DNA of 31,325 bases from a virus. Its lineage: Duplodnaviria > Caudoviricetes. Position numbers and translations under genes: made by a program. The notes below the pieces were generated by a model. It searched no databases, was not told the DNA's origin, and saw only the letters and a list, made by a program, of their open reading frames with translations. Shown piece by piece: positions 17,848 to 29,200 of the stretch. The DNA lies in the IMG/VR virus record IMGVR_UViG_3300005805_000300, positions 1 through 31,325 of that record, one strand, 5' to 3'. Each line of letters starts with the position of its first letter. Within the stretch, counting starts at the first letter, position 1.

Positions 17848-17887
17848 CAACTATACATTCCCTAATGTCGTATCTTCTTTTATAGGC

Positions 17888-17900
17888 TACTGTATGTTGT
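17888..17900 (+). promoter_or_regulatory. -10 element giving a leaderless transcript of the portal operon
   Basis: TACTGT(17888-93), 7 nt, ATG(17901); same hexamer as at 8604. Confidence 0.5.
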
Positions 17901-18101
17901 ATGCCAAAAATAAGAACTCTGCTCAATAAACTTTTATTGTGGCTTAAACCAAAGATAAATAGAGGTACGTTCGCTAATCTGTTCATGATTTCATTTATAC
18001 TATGTACAAGTATTGGAGCAGGTTTAATATTCCCGCCCGCGGGATTGGTGGTTGCCGGTGTGACGTGCGGTCTATTTGGATATTTGTTAGGACTTGAGTA
18101 A
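17901..18101 (+). CDS. Small membrane protein (about two TM segments) upstream of portal
   Basis: 66 aa, hydrophobic C-terminal half; stop 3 nt before the portal ATG. Confidence 0.7.
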   Translation: MPKIRTLLNKLLLWLKPKINRGTFANLFMISFILCTSIGAGLIFPPAGLVVAGVTCGLFGYLLGLE

Positions 18102-18104
18102 AAT

Positions 18105-20165
18105 ATGGCTTGGAATTCACGAGAAAATAAATCCCTGAGCCAATCACAGCAGAAATCTGTTCTGGGATATGGTGCGCCAGTTTCGTCAAACCCAAGTTAT
18201 GCCGATAAACCATACAGAGATTCATGGGACATAGAGCGTGCCTATCGAGAGGGAATGCAAAAAATCACCTGGGTTAACAGGTGTATTGATGCTATTGCCG
18301 GCAATCAAGCAAGACTTCCAATTATTCTAAGAAAAGAAAATTCCAGACATGGCGAAATAGTCCTCGGCAAAGAAGCAAAGCGTTCCACCTTGCTCGAACT
18401 CTTAAATACAAAAGCCAATATCGGAGAAAACGCATTCATTTTTCGATACAGGCTTTCTGCTCAGCTATTGCTTGGCACAAGAGGTGCGTTCATTGAAAAG
18501 ATTCGCGGAAGAGACGGCGGCATTATCGGTTTAAATCTCCTCCCCCCGCAGTCAACTGCCCCAATTCCTTGTCCTCGCAGATTTGTTTCTGGATATGAAG
18601 TTCAAATGCCGTATGGCCAAAAAGTAATAATGAAGCCTGAGGATGTTGTTTGGATAAGGAGACCGCACCCGCTCGACCCGTATCTGTCGCTTACACCACT
18701 AGAAGCATCTGGGGTGGCTATCGAGATTGAGAATTTAGCAAAACTATACAACCGCAACTACCTATTAAACGATGGAAGACCTGGTGGGCTTCTTGTTGTT
18801 AGAGGCGAAATTGACGAAGACGACAAAGAAGAATTACGCAATAGATTCAGGGGCAATTTAGGCAAAACTGGTCATACGACAGTTATCGCCGCAGACGAAG
18901 GCGTTGATTTTGTTGACACATCAGCAAACCCAAGAGATGCTGCTTATATTCAAATGCGACAAATCACAAAAGAAGAAATTCTTGCTGCATTTGGCGTACC
19001 GGAATCAGTAATTGGAAACGCATCTGGTAGAACATTTAGTAATTCATCAGAAGAAATTAGAGTATTTTGGGTTGAGACAATGTTGCCCCACCTTGAACCA
19101 ATAGCACGAGCAATCGATGAACTTGATGATAAATACTATCTCGACTTCGACACCAGCAATGTTCCAATCTTGCTCCTTTATAAGCAAGAGCGCGATAGGT
19201 ATCTTAAAGACGAACTGAGCCAAGGCCTGATTTCCGTCAACGAATACAGGACCGCAAGTGGAAGAAAAGAAGTTCAAGCAGACCTCGCTGACTCCCTATT
19301 GATGAATCCAAATCTGATTCCAATTGCAAACACAAAAAAGAAAATGGAAGAAAATACTGCTCAAATCCCCGGGGGAGCACCTGGCGCTCCTGGAATGCCA
19401 CCTATGCCCGGAATGCCTCCAGCTGCAGCCCCAGTTCCGCCTCTTGACCCAAACACCATGCAGGGAGCAATGGCGGAGGCGGTTTCGGAAACTACTGGCG
19501 ACATGGCTCAAACAACACTTCCACCAGAGGTCGCCGGTATGGCACCAGCAACCGGGGTCGCCCCAATCCCTTCAGGAATGGCCAGCGATTCATCTGGTGG
19601 TTTTAGATATAAATCAGAATTCAATGAAGAGTTTGATAAGTCCGAAATGGCGATGGAACGATGGTCGGAGATTTTGTCTAGAGGTATTGAGAGGGTTCTT
19701 GAGCGACAGCAACGTGTTGTTCTTGAGAAGACGAGCAGCAGTAAATCCAAAAAAGCTTTGATGTCTGGAACCCTTGATCTCGATTCTATTTTTTCCATAG
19801 AAACATGGAATAGGCAGATGGAGGACGACCTACGGCCGGTTCTCCTAGCGATAGTGAATGATTCCCATGAATTCCGAAAAGAATCATATTCCCAAAAAGG
19901 AATAAAATCTAAAGCCCTTTCTCCTGCCACAGTTAAAAATCATGTTGATTCTCAAATCGCGGAAATATTATTAATCAACTCTAATTTGCGCTCACAAATG
20001 GAAGAAATGATGATGAAATCATTCTCTCATGTGGGTGAAGAGCAAAGATTTTCTTCTTTTAGGGAAGAACTAGTTGGTATGTATGCAAATGTTCTTGCAA
20101 AAGACCAGTTGGAAATATCAGAATCAGAAGCGAAAAAAGCCTGGACATTTGGACAGTTCGCTTAG
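18105..20165 (+). CDS. Portal protein (HK97 family) with Pro-rich linker and C-terminal extension
   Basis: WVNRCIDAIAGNQARLP, LSLTPLEA, NDGRPGGLL, ITKEEILAAFGVPESVIG, GLISVNEYR. Confidence 0.93.
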   Translation: MAWNSRENKSLSQSQQKSVLGYGAPVSSNPSYADKPYRDSWDIERAYREGMQKITWVNRCIDAIAGNQARLPIILRKENSRHGEIVLGKEAKRSTLLELLNTKANIGENAFIFRYRLSAQLLLGTRGAFIEKIRGRDGGIIGLNLLPPQSTAPIPCPRRFVSGYEVQMPYGQKVIMKPEDVVWIRRPHPLDPYLSLTPLEASGVAIEIENLAKLYNRNYLLNDGRPGGLLVVRGEIDEDDKEELRNRFRGNLGKTGHTTVIAADEGVDFVDTSANPRDAAYIQMRQITKEEILAAFGVPESVIGNASGRTFSNSSEEIRVFWVETMLPHLEPIARAIDELDDKYYLDFDTSNVPILLLYKQERDRYLKDELSQGLISVNEYRTASGRKEVQADLADSLLMNPNLIPIANTKKKMEENTAQIPGGAPGAPGMPPMPGMPPAAAPVPPLDPNTMQGAMAEAVSETTGDMAQTTLPPEVAGMAPATGVAPIPSGMASDSSGGFRYKSEFNEEFDKSEMAMERWSEILSRGIERVLERQQRVVLEKTSSSKSKKALMSGTLDLDSIFSIETWNRQMEDDLRPVLLAIVNDSHEFRKESYSQKGIKSKALSPATVKNHVDSQIAEILLINSNLRSQMEEMMMKSFSHVGEEQRFSSFREELVGMYANVLAKDQLEISESEAKKAWTFGQFA

Positions 20166-20275
20166 TTTCACTAAACAATTTCTGTAAAATATTTGATTTG
20201 ATCGAATACTTGCACTCTGGGAGCAATTTCTCGTTTATTATCGACTAACAGCCGAAAAAAGTTGGTTTAAATACA

Positions 20276-23200
20276 ATGTCCACAGAAACATTTGAGTACA
20301 AATCCACGTCCATATCTGGCTCTCAACAAGTCAAGGGCGCAGTAAATTTGGATGAGGCTCAAGGTATTGTCGAATGTTTCGTCGCCGGTATTGGCAACAA
20401 AGACTCGGTTGGCGACGTTTGTGCGCCGGGAGCTTTCACAAAAAGCCTTCTTAGGCGCAAGCCTCGTGTGGTTTGGGGTCACAACTGGAATGACCCAATA
20501 GGTAAGGTCTTAGAAATTTATGAAGTTGGATCGACGGACCCACGCCTACCGCTAAAAATGAAGATGGCAGGAATTGGTGGTCTTTTCGCAAAAGTTCAAT
20601 TTAACTTAAATTCTGAAAAAGGCAAAGAAGCATTTGCTAATGTTGCCTTCTTTGGCGAAGAGCAAGAGTGGTCAATTGGCTATAAAACACTTAGAGCTCA
20701 ATTTGACCAGAAATCTCAAGCAAATATTCTTTATGAGGTTGAGTTGTACGAGGTAAGCCCTGTGCTTCACGGAGCAAACCAGCTCACCGGAACAATTTCG
20801 GTAAAAGCCGATGACTCCGCGTATGGTGGCGCTGTTGCATTGATGCCCGAAAGTGAGGACGATAACGGATTTGAGGAAATGGAAAAAGAATTGAGCAGAC
20901 TGCTCAACGCTAAGGTTTCCATAAATGCAATAGAGGGAGACAGCGTAATATTTACCCGACAGGAAGCTGTCGGCGCCAAGAAATATCGATGTGGATTCAT
21001 GAAGAACCACGGAAGATATATGTTCGGAATACCAGAAATGATTTCCACCCCGCAGAGTATGCGACCTATGTCTCCGATGCCGGTTGTATCAGGAAGACCG
21101 ATGCCGCCAAATGAGCCGCAGAGAATTGTAAGACCACAACAAATGCCCTCAATTCCTGTTGCCGTAAAACCAAGCAGCGACGGCGTAATGATGATTCCTC
21201 TTCCAGCGATTCGCTACGATTCTTCATCTAAACCACAAATAGATAAAAATAATCTCGATCAAGAAGAATCAGATTTGCGCGATGCGCTTTTAAAAATCGT
21301 AAAACGTCATGGAAAACTAGATGAAGATGGAGACGGAATCTGGGCGGGCTACTATCCACCAGAAAAAAATCCAGTCGCGTCAATCGGAGTTAAGTGCGCC
21401 AATTGTGTTTTCTATAAAGGCGGTTCTAGTTGTAAAATTCTTGCGCTCCCCGTGCACCCGGAAGGGAAATGCAGATTTGCGGTAATCCCAAACGGCGTTG
21501 TTGTTGGCAGCAGCTCCAAGGAGCTCGAAGACCTCGCAAGCGAAGCAGAGGACTCGATTATCGAAACACTTGAAATGAAATATCCAGGAGAATTTATTCT
21601 TGGTGTACTGAGAAACACTGTCGGTAGAAGAAAAAAGAGAAGACAGAAGTACAAGAATCTTTCCGAGTTCGGCGACGCAGATGACACCGGTGAAAAGGCC
21701 TACCTAATACCGGTAGAGCCAGATTTTGCGTTCAGTGTAAAGACAGCGCTGGATCCTATATTTGATTATCACAGAGCAGAAACATTTGTTGACAAAGAGG
21801 GCATAGTGATATCTTCCGGAGTGACGGAAGAATTGATTGATGCACTCGATACCGCCTTCCACAACATAAAAAAAAAATTCCAAGAACATAATGTAGAAGT
21901 CAAAGCGCTTGGTTACAGAATCGGTCGCTCACTTGCTTCAAGGGCGATAGATAGACCAAATATCGGCGGGAAAAAACGTGGTCGTGGATTTGGTATGCCG
22001 GAAGGCGACCTCAACCCAATGACCAGAGTTGACAAAAACAGAGATGGAACACTGTTTGACAACATACCAGGATGGGAACAACCAGACCCGACACCGGATG
22101 GACCTGGTTCAATCAATAACGCAAAACTTTCTTCTACTCAAAAAAGAGACATTGACAAAATTTCTGGAGAAGCTAATAAGATAAAACCACAAGACAGCGA
22201 AATAATAAAAAGTCGCAAACCAAAGTACGACGTCAACGAACTGGACGACATTCTTGGGGAAGATAAAAAGAAGCCATCTAAAAAACCTGTAGCAAAAGCA
22301 ACTCCGATTAAAAAAGAAAAAGCCAAACGCGGCGAGTACGACTTCTCTAAGGGTCCTAAAAAAGATAAGCCAATCAAAACCCCATCTCTCGCATCAGGTG
22401 AAGAAAAAGACAAGAAACCAAAGACTCCTTCGCGCAAGAAACCAAAGATGACCGATGAGGAAATCTACAAAAAAAGAATAACGACGAAGGCATCACTTCA
22501 GGAGCTAGCCGATGAGCTCGGCATCTCAAGAATGGAAGTGAGAAAGCGCGAACAGCGCCACATGCGCAAGTTGCGCAATGATAAACAAAGTCCTTCTCTT
22601 TCGTCTGGCGAAAAGAATGAGTGGGCGACGGCGCGTGGTTACGAACCAGACAGATTTGATCTCCGCGAGGCCGTAGAACAAATAGGTAGAGGGAACATAA
22701 TGGCCATTTCTGGTGGTCGTGTTGAAAGAAGAGGGAATGAAATGATTCTCCCTTCGACAAAAGACCAACAAGTCGTAATCGGATACAACGCAGTTCCTGA
22801 CCTTTACTACGTTCGAGCGGAACAAAAAGTTAATACTGGCAAAAACAAGGGTAAGAATAAAATTCTTGCTCAATGGGACGACGTCTATGCCGACGAGTTG
22901 GGTGAACTTGCGTATCAAGCAAGCCTAAAGCCGGCATTGTTAAACAGCGAAAACAAAGAGTATTGGAAGCTTGGAAAAGGCAATCAATTCACTGACAAAC
23001 TTATTGATAGGAGAAGCGGAAAACTCGTAGATGACGAAGTTTCAGAAAAACCTTCTTCTACTCCCTCAAAAGAAGAAACCCCATCTCTTTCTTCTGGTGG
23101 GAGAGGACGTGATTACTACAAATACGACATAGATACGAGCGACAACGGGAACGGCCTGCTTGATCAAATTCATGACGCTCTTGAAGAAAACCCACTACTC

Positions 23201-26200
23201 AAAGATGACATTACGGCCGACATAGCGGACATGCTTGGTGGAGACGGAATAGTTGAAGCAAATGGATTCGATACACGAAAAGCATTCAATCTCGTAACCG
23301 GAAGTGATGATGATTTCCAGGGCTACTTAGACGTCGTTGACGATGCAATGGATGCACTTAAAAATGGTTCACTTGCAAAGCATAAAGCGACGGTTCGTGA
23401 CGCCAATACAACTCTTGATTCGCTCAAATCCGGAAGCGATGAAGCCGGAAAACTTGAAGCATTGAGAGACAGGTCGTATGAGTGGATTGGTGATATTAAT
23501 AAATATTCACGAATATCCACAATTAAAGATAAAAAGAACATCGAAGCAAATGATGTTGCAGCACGGATGGTTTCAAAAGAGCAAGACGCTCTCTGGAATG
23601 CTCGTTCCGCTATAACAGAAAAATACATAGAAGATGTCATCTCTGCAAAGAAAGAATCAAAGCGAAGGGTTCCAATTGATGATGTGGATACAGAAAAAAT
23701 TCCAGATTACGAATTAGCTCTTTCTTCTGGAAGCGTATTTAAAAACAAGCCAGCATCAAAAACATTAGATAGCAAATCGGATGGATTATCTCTCTCGTCT
23801 GGGGAAAATAAAAAAATCTATGACGAAATAGGTAAATCAATTCTCGAGGCACTTATCGAGATGCAAAAAAATCCACAATCCAGATACTGGGATGTTCCGT
23901 GGAGAACCCCTACTCTTTATGCAAAAAACCCAACAAAGGGTCGCTTATATCAGGGCATGAATGCATTGCTTCTCGCAAACTCTCATAGACAAAATCAATA
24001 CAGAGGAAATTTTTGGGCTGGAAAATCTCAGTGGGCAAAATTTGGCGGAACTGTAGAAGATGGAAAGAGCGGAGTAAATATTCTCGTTCCAAGAGAGACC
24101 CCAACTGGCAAAACTTTCATTGTACAAACTGTCTACAACCTGGACGACATTGAAGGCTTGCCAGATTCTTACGTCAAAAAATTATTAGATGTGGGCAAAG
24201 AGCGTCTTGACCCAGCAACCAAAATCAAAGACGCAGAGTCTGTCGTTGACGAAATTAAACCAGAGATTAGGTTCGGTGGAGATTCTGCGTATTACTCAAT
24301 CACGAATGATCACATTCAGATGCCCCCATACGAAATGTTTAAATCCCCTGAGCAATATTACTCAACACTTTTGCACGAGCTAACGCACTGGACTGGCGGA
24401 AAATCCCGTCTTGCAAGAAAGCAAGTAGGTCTACAAAAAGACGAAGAAGCATATTCATTTGAGGAATTAATTGCCGAAATGGGTTCGTCATTCCTTCTTG
24501 CAGCACTTGGTATCACGCCAGAAGTAAGACAAGACCACGTTGTTTATATTGAAAGTTGGATTTCAAATCTCACAAAGGACCCAAGTGCATTTATTAGGGC
24601 AATGAACCAAGCACAACAAGCTGCTGATTGGGTTATGGACAGATCACCCACATTGAGAAGACTTGCCGGCGTACCAGATAGCGAAAGAAAAGGCAAACCT
24701 GATGCAACCAAGGAAGTTGCGGAAGCCGCAACCGAATCTGTTGATGCAGTAAAAGATTCGACTCCATCTCTATCTTCTGGTGCACAAGTCGGTGTACGGA
24801 AAGTAAAAGAGCTTCAATACTTTGGCGACGAAGATCAATATGGCTCTGGAGTTGTTGATAGAGATTCACGGGGACGTATTCTTGATGCGGCTGGCGCTCT
24901 TTCTCTTTCTAGCGGCGCGAAACCGATTAAAAGTGTAGATGGGAAAATAACAGTACCAAGACCTAGCGACAATGTTCCATACAGAGAAAAATACAAATTT
25001 CTCGCTAATGAATTTGAACCAACAGAGCAACAAAAAGCATCAATGGATGTACTGCAACACATGCTCAAAGAAAAGATAAATGGCATCATCGCTATTGGTG
25101 CTGGGGCTGGTTCGGGCAAAACAACAAACTTAAAGCAAAATGCGCGTGCCGTTGCCGCAATTTTCCCTGGCAAACAAATTTACTATACCGTATTCAATAG
25201 GGGAAATGCTAAAGACGGTAACCGAGTAATGCCAAGGAATACCGGCGTAGCAACAAGCAATCAAATTGCATACTGGTCGCTAGTTCTTGGAACCGGTGAC
25301 AAATTTTACGGAACAGGCACTGCAAAAAAAATACAACTTGGAGTCGGACCGAGGGAAAAAGTATATCTACGGGGTGCAAAGAAAAATACGGTAAAAGAAT
25401 ATACAGATTTTGAAGGGAACAAGCTTCAATTTACAGGTGTAATACCCGGATATACAGATTTGGGTTATACGAGCTACGATTCGGAACCAAATATCATAGA
25501 AAGACTTGAGAAGCTTGGGCTTCTTAGTGACGCCGACGAGCTTCTCGGCGCTGATTATTCTCTTGCAGAAATGTTGAAGAAGGCTCTTATGAGATTTGCA
25601 GAGAGCGAAGACCCCAAATTGTCCGCGAAACATTTTTTATTGCGCGATGTGGAAATGATCTCGGCCTTACTGGATGGCAAACCAGTACCTACTGAAGAAA
25701 CGATACCTAAAGAAGTTGTAGAAATCGCTCAAAAGTTATGGGATGAGACGGTAGACCCGAACAGCAATGTTTTAATTCCTCAGGAATATCAAATAAAAAT
25801 GTGGGCCCTCACCAAGCCAGACCTAAGAACAGATAAGGGACTTATTGGACATAGACCAAACGAAACAATTTTTGACAGAATAAAACTTGGTACGGTCGAA
25901 GATTTAGATTCCGGGAAAATCAAAATTGGAAACATAATTGAATTTACCGTGCCAGAAACCGGCGAAAAAGTTGCCGCAGTTATCCGCAAACTTAATCCGC
26001 CATCACAAAAAGAAACAAAAAAAGGCGAGCTGACCGGAAAAAGACAAGTAACTGGTTCTGTTTCTATTGTTTCAGTAACTGCCAACAATCCGCTAGAAGT
26101 GTTTATGTTTGATGAAGCTCAAGACGTGAACCCAGTTATGGCAAAAGTGCTAGCTGATAACGCTGCGAATTTACCAATCATAATGGTCGGTGATTCGCGT

Positions 26201-29200
26201 CAAGCCATTTACGGATTTAGAGGGGCCATGGACGCCCTAGATAAAGCAAATGCGACATTTAGGCTCCCCTTAACACGTTCATTTAGGTATGGAAGGCTAC
26301 CGGCATACCTAGCGAATGTTGTGTTGATGCAAGGAAATATTGATGACTTAAATTTCCATAGGGAAAATGAGACTTTAGACAGACACACATTTCATCACGT
26401 AGTTGGCGAAGCTCAAAATGTTGTAATCAATGCACTGAAAATTACTGGTCCAGATGGTAAAAAACTACTCCCCAAGGAAGAACTCGACAAAAAACTCAAA
26501 TTTATAGAAGTGAAATACAAACTCAAGGGACGCGCAGTCAGCTTTGATGGGAAAAGTGAAAAAGAAATAAAAGAACTTGTTGACAAGCTATATGAAGAGC
26601 ACGTTCCTAAAGCGAATGGTCAAATCGTGGAAAACATGACCAATCCTCAAGCCGTCTTAACATCAACAAATGCTGGCGTAATGGAAGAGGCTCTCAATGT
26701 AGTTGAAGGGGGAATACTTAAGCATCAAATTGCATATCTCGACCTTCTTGGTATTGAGGACATAACAGACGAAATAGAATTAGCTAATAGATTGAAAAAA
26801 ATTTCTGAAATATACACATTGGACGGACTTGAAATAAATCTTCTTGATATCGCGGCAAACGACGGAAAAGATGCGATGCTAAAAACCATCAATGAATTAA
26901 GAGAGGAGCACGCTCCTGGTGGTGCTGATGGAAAAATTCCAGCTATAGGAATCCCGGCTGACACTCACGAAAAACTCTATGACTTCTACAATCAACTAGA
27001 TTGGATTATGGGGGATCTTGATAACAAATTTGGCGTTCAGGGGCGGCCAAAAGCATCGAAATTATTGAAAGATGTCTGGAGATTCGACAAAAAGAAAAAT
27101 AGATATCCAACAAAAGAGGAAATGGTCAGGAAAATAGAGAGAATGGTTCAAGGCGGATCACAGGAGCTTAAAACCTGGTATAGGCTTGCGTACCCTCCAA
27201 TCGGAAAAGGCATACCAAGAGGGGCAAGATTCTTTAAAGATTTACTAAGACCAAACGGACAGGTATATAAAGACCTGAACGGGAATGAACAAAGATATCA
27301 GGGACTAAGGCCAATGCGCGAGGGGATTGAGCTCCCCAACATGGAGTCCGGTAAGGACCACATTACGGCAGATCTTATAAAGGAAACAGCGAAAGAACCA
27401 TTAGGCGAAAGCAAGTCTGGAAGACGCAGAAAAATTTCATGGATAATACCCAAGAAAGATGAAGGTGATTCGTCTGGTGAGGTATTCGTAAAACTAGAAC
27501 TTGACGAAAATGGCAAGTCAACCGGAGGCGTGATTATTGCGGGGAATGGCGCTCATGGTGGAAAGTATAAGTTTAGAAAATGGAATAACAAGAAAAAAGA
27601 ATGGGACCCGATACAAAGCGGGCAGCCCGACAAGAAGGGGTTCGATTACTACGAAGACTTAGCAAAGGTTGCGAAAAAACTGAAAGCTGAATACCCAGAC
27701 GCGGTAATTGAATTTAAGCAGGGCCTCGTAAAACAGGACGGCAAAGCTTTAACATTCCCCCCAGACACCCCCGATGATTTTAAGCCAAAACTAAATCCGA
27801 AAACAGGAAATCCTGACTCCTCCGTCGAAAGAGCATCCTTGCCTGGGTGGGTCGTGAGGGGGAGGAACCCGGAAGAGACCGCACTTATTGCCAACGAATT
27901 TGGTAACAGGGTCAGAAAATTAGCGGCCGAAGGAAATACCGACGTTGACGTTATGACTGTTCATATTGCTAAAGGTAGAGAATGGAAGAGAGTAAGGCTT
28001 TCTGACGACTTCCGAGACCCAGAATCCCTGGTCCCAACTCTCCCACCGGAAGTTTTAGAAAACCTTAAACCAAAAGAGAGACTCCGGGTTCTCAGAGAAC
28101 TCGAGATGATGAAACGAGAAGAGCACAACAAGGTTTATATAGCAATAACTAGAGCACAGGAGCAAATTGATCTTGGTGTTGCTATAACAAAATATTACTT
28201 CTTAGATGAGATACCCAATACTGCTTTAACTGCTGATATCCAAGAGATCAGGAAGAGGATAGAAGATCTAGATAAAGAAATAAGCAAACTCCAAAAAAAA
28301 CCCAACAGCGATACAGATCCAGCAATCAAAAAAGAAATAAATAGACTCAAAAAAGAAAAAATCGAACAGAATAAAATCCTTAATACGTCTCGAGATATGC
28401 TTCAAGCTCAAAAAGTTACTGCAGCTAAAGCAAAAATTGTCGAGAACCCAGACGGCATATACGACGACCTTCAGGCCCCAGAAGGCTTCATTACCCCTTA
28501 TTTGGCCGATACGGAAGAGGCCAGAGCAAAACGCAAAAAGCGTCAAGAAGAATTAGATCAGTCGGTTAAGAGGTACTTTGAGTCACAGCGTCAAAAAGAA
28601 AAACAACAAGCAACCCCGGATGACGATGATGAAGCGATGGTCGAAGACGACTCCGGCGGGCTTGATACTGGTGAGCCAAACTTTGTAGACATATCTGGAC
28701 CAGAAGATGACAGTGGAATAAGTAGCGATGATCAAGACGACGACGGAGACGTTCAATCGCTATCTCTTTCGTCTGGAGCTAAAAAGAAAACAAACAGAAG
28801 AAATAGACGCCTCCCCTACAGTCAACAAGATAGACAGAATCTCGCTGATGGAAATATTATCCGTTCGAAAAAAATTCCTAAAAAACGCAAACCAGGACCA
28901 TCAACTCAAGAATTTGATGATTTAGCGCTTGCTTCCGGAGCGAAAACACCAGAGGGGAGATACGCAAGAAGACTGCGAGCAATAAGCCTCTCTAGCGGAA
29001 GTGATGATATTGGTGCAGGAGCAAAAACTCGACAAATTAACGGCAAGAGATTTGCTGCAACAATTTCTAGGCCTCGAGATCTTGCCGCCATAAGAGTGGA
29101 TGGTGACCCAAACAAAAATGACGAAGTGAAAAACAAACTCGAATATGCAATGAAATTTTGGCGTGGAGTGCGTGAACGCGGCATCGCCCTGGATCCGGAC

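Noticed and set aside
17901-18101. Holin assignment for the small membrane protein
   Set aside because: No adjacent endolysin; hydrophobicity alone is insufficient.
25270-27930. Inteins as the explanation for the helicase insertions
   Set aside because: No intein N-terminal Cys/Ser block, no His-Asn-[CST] junction and no LAGLIDADG motifs seen.
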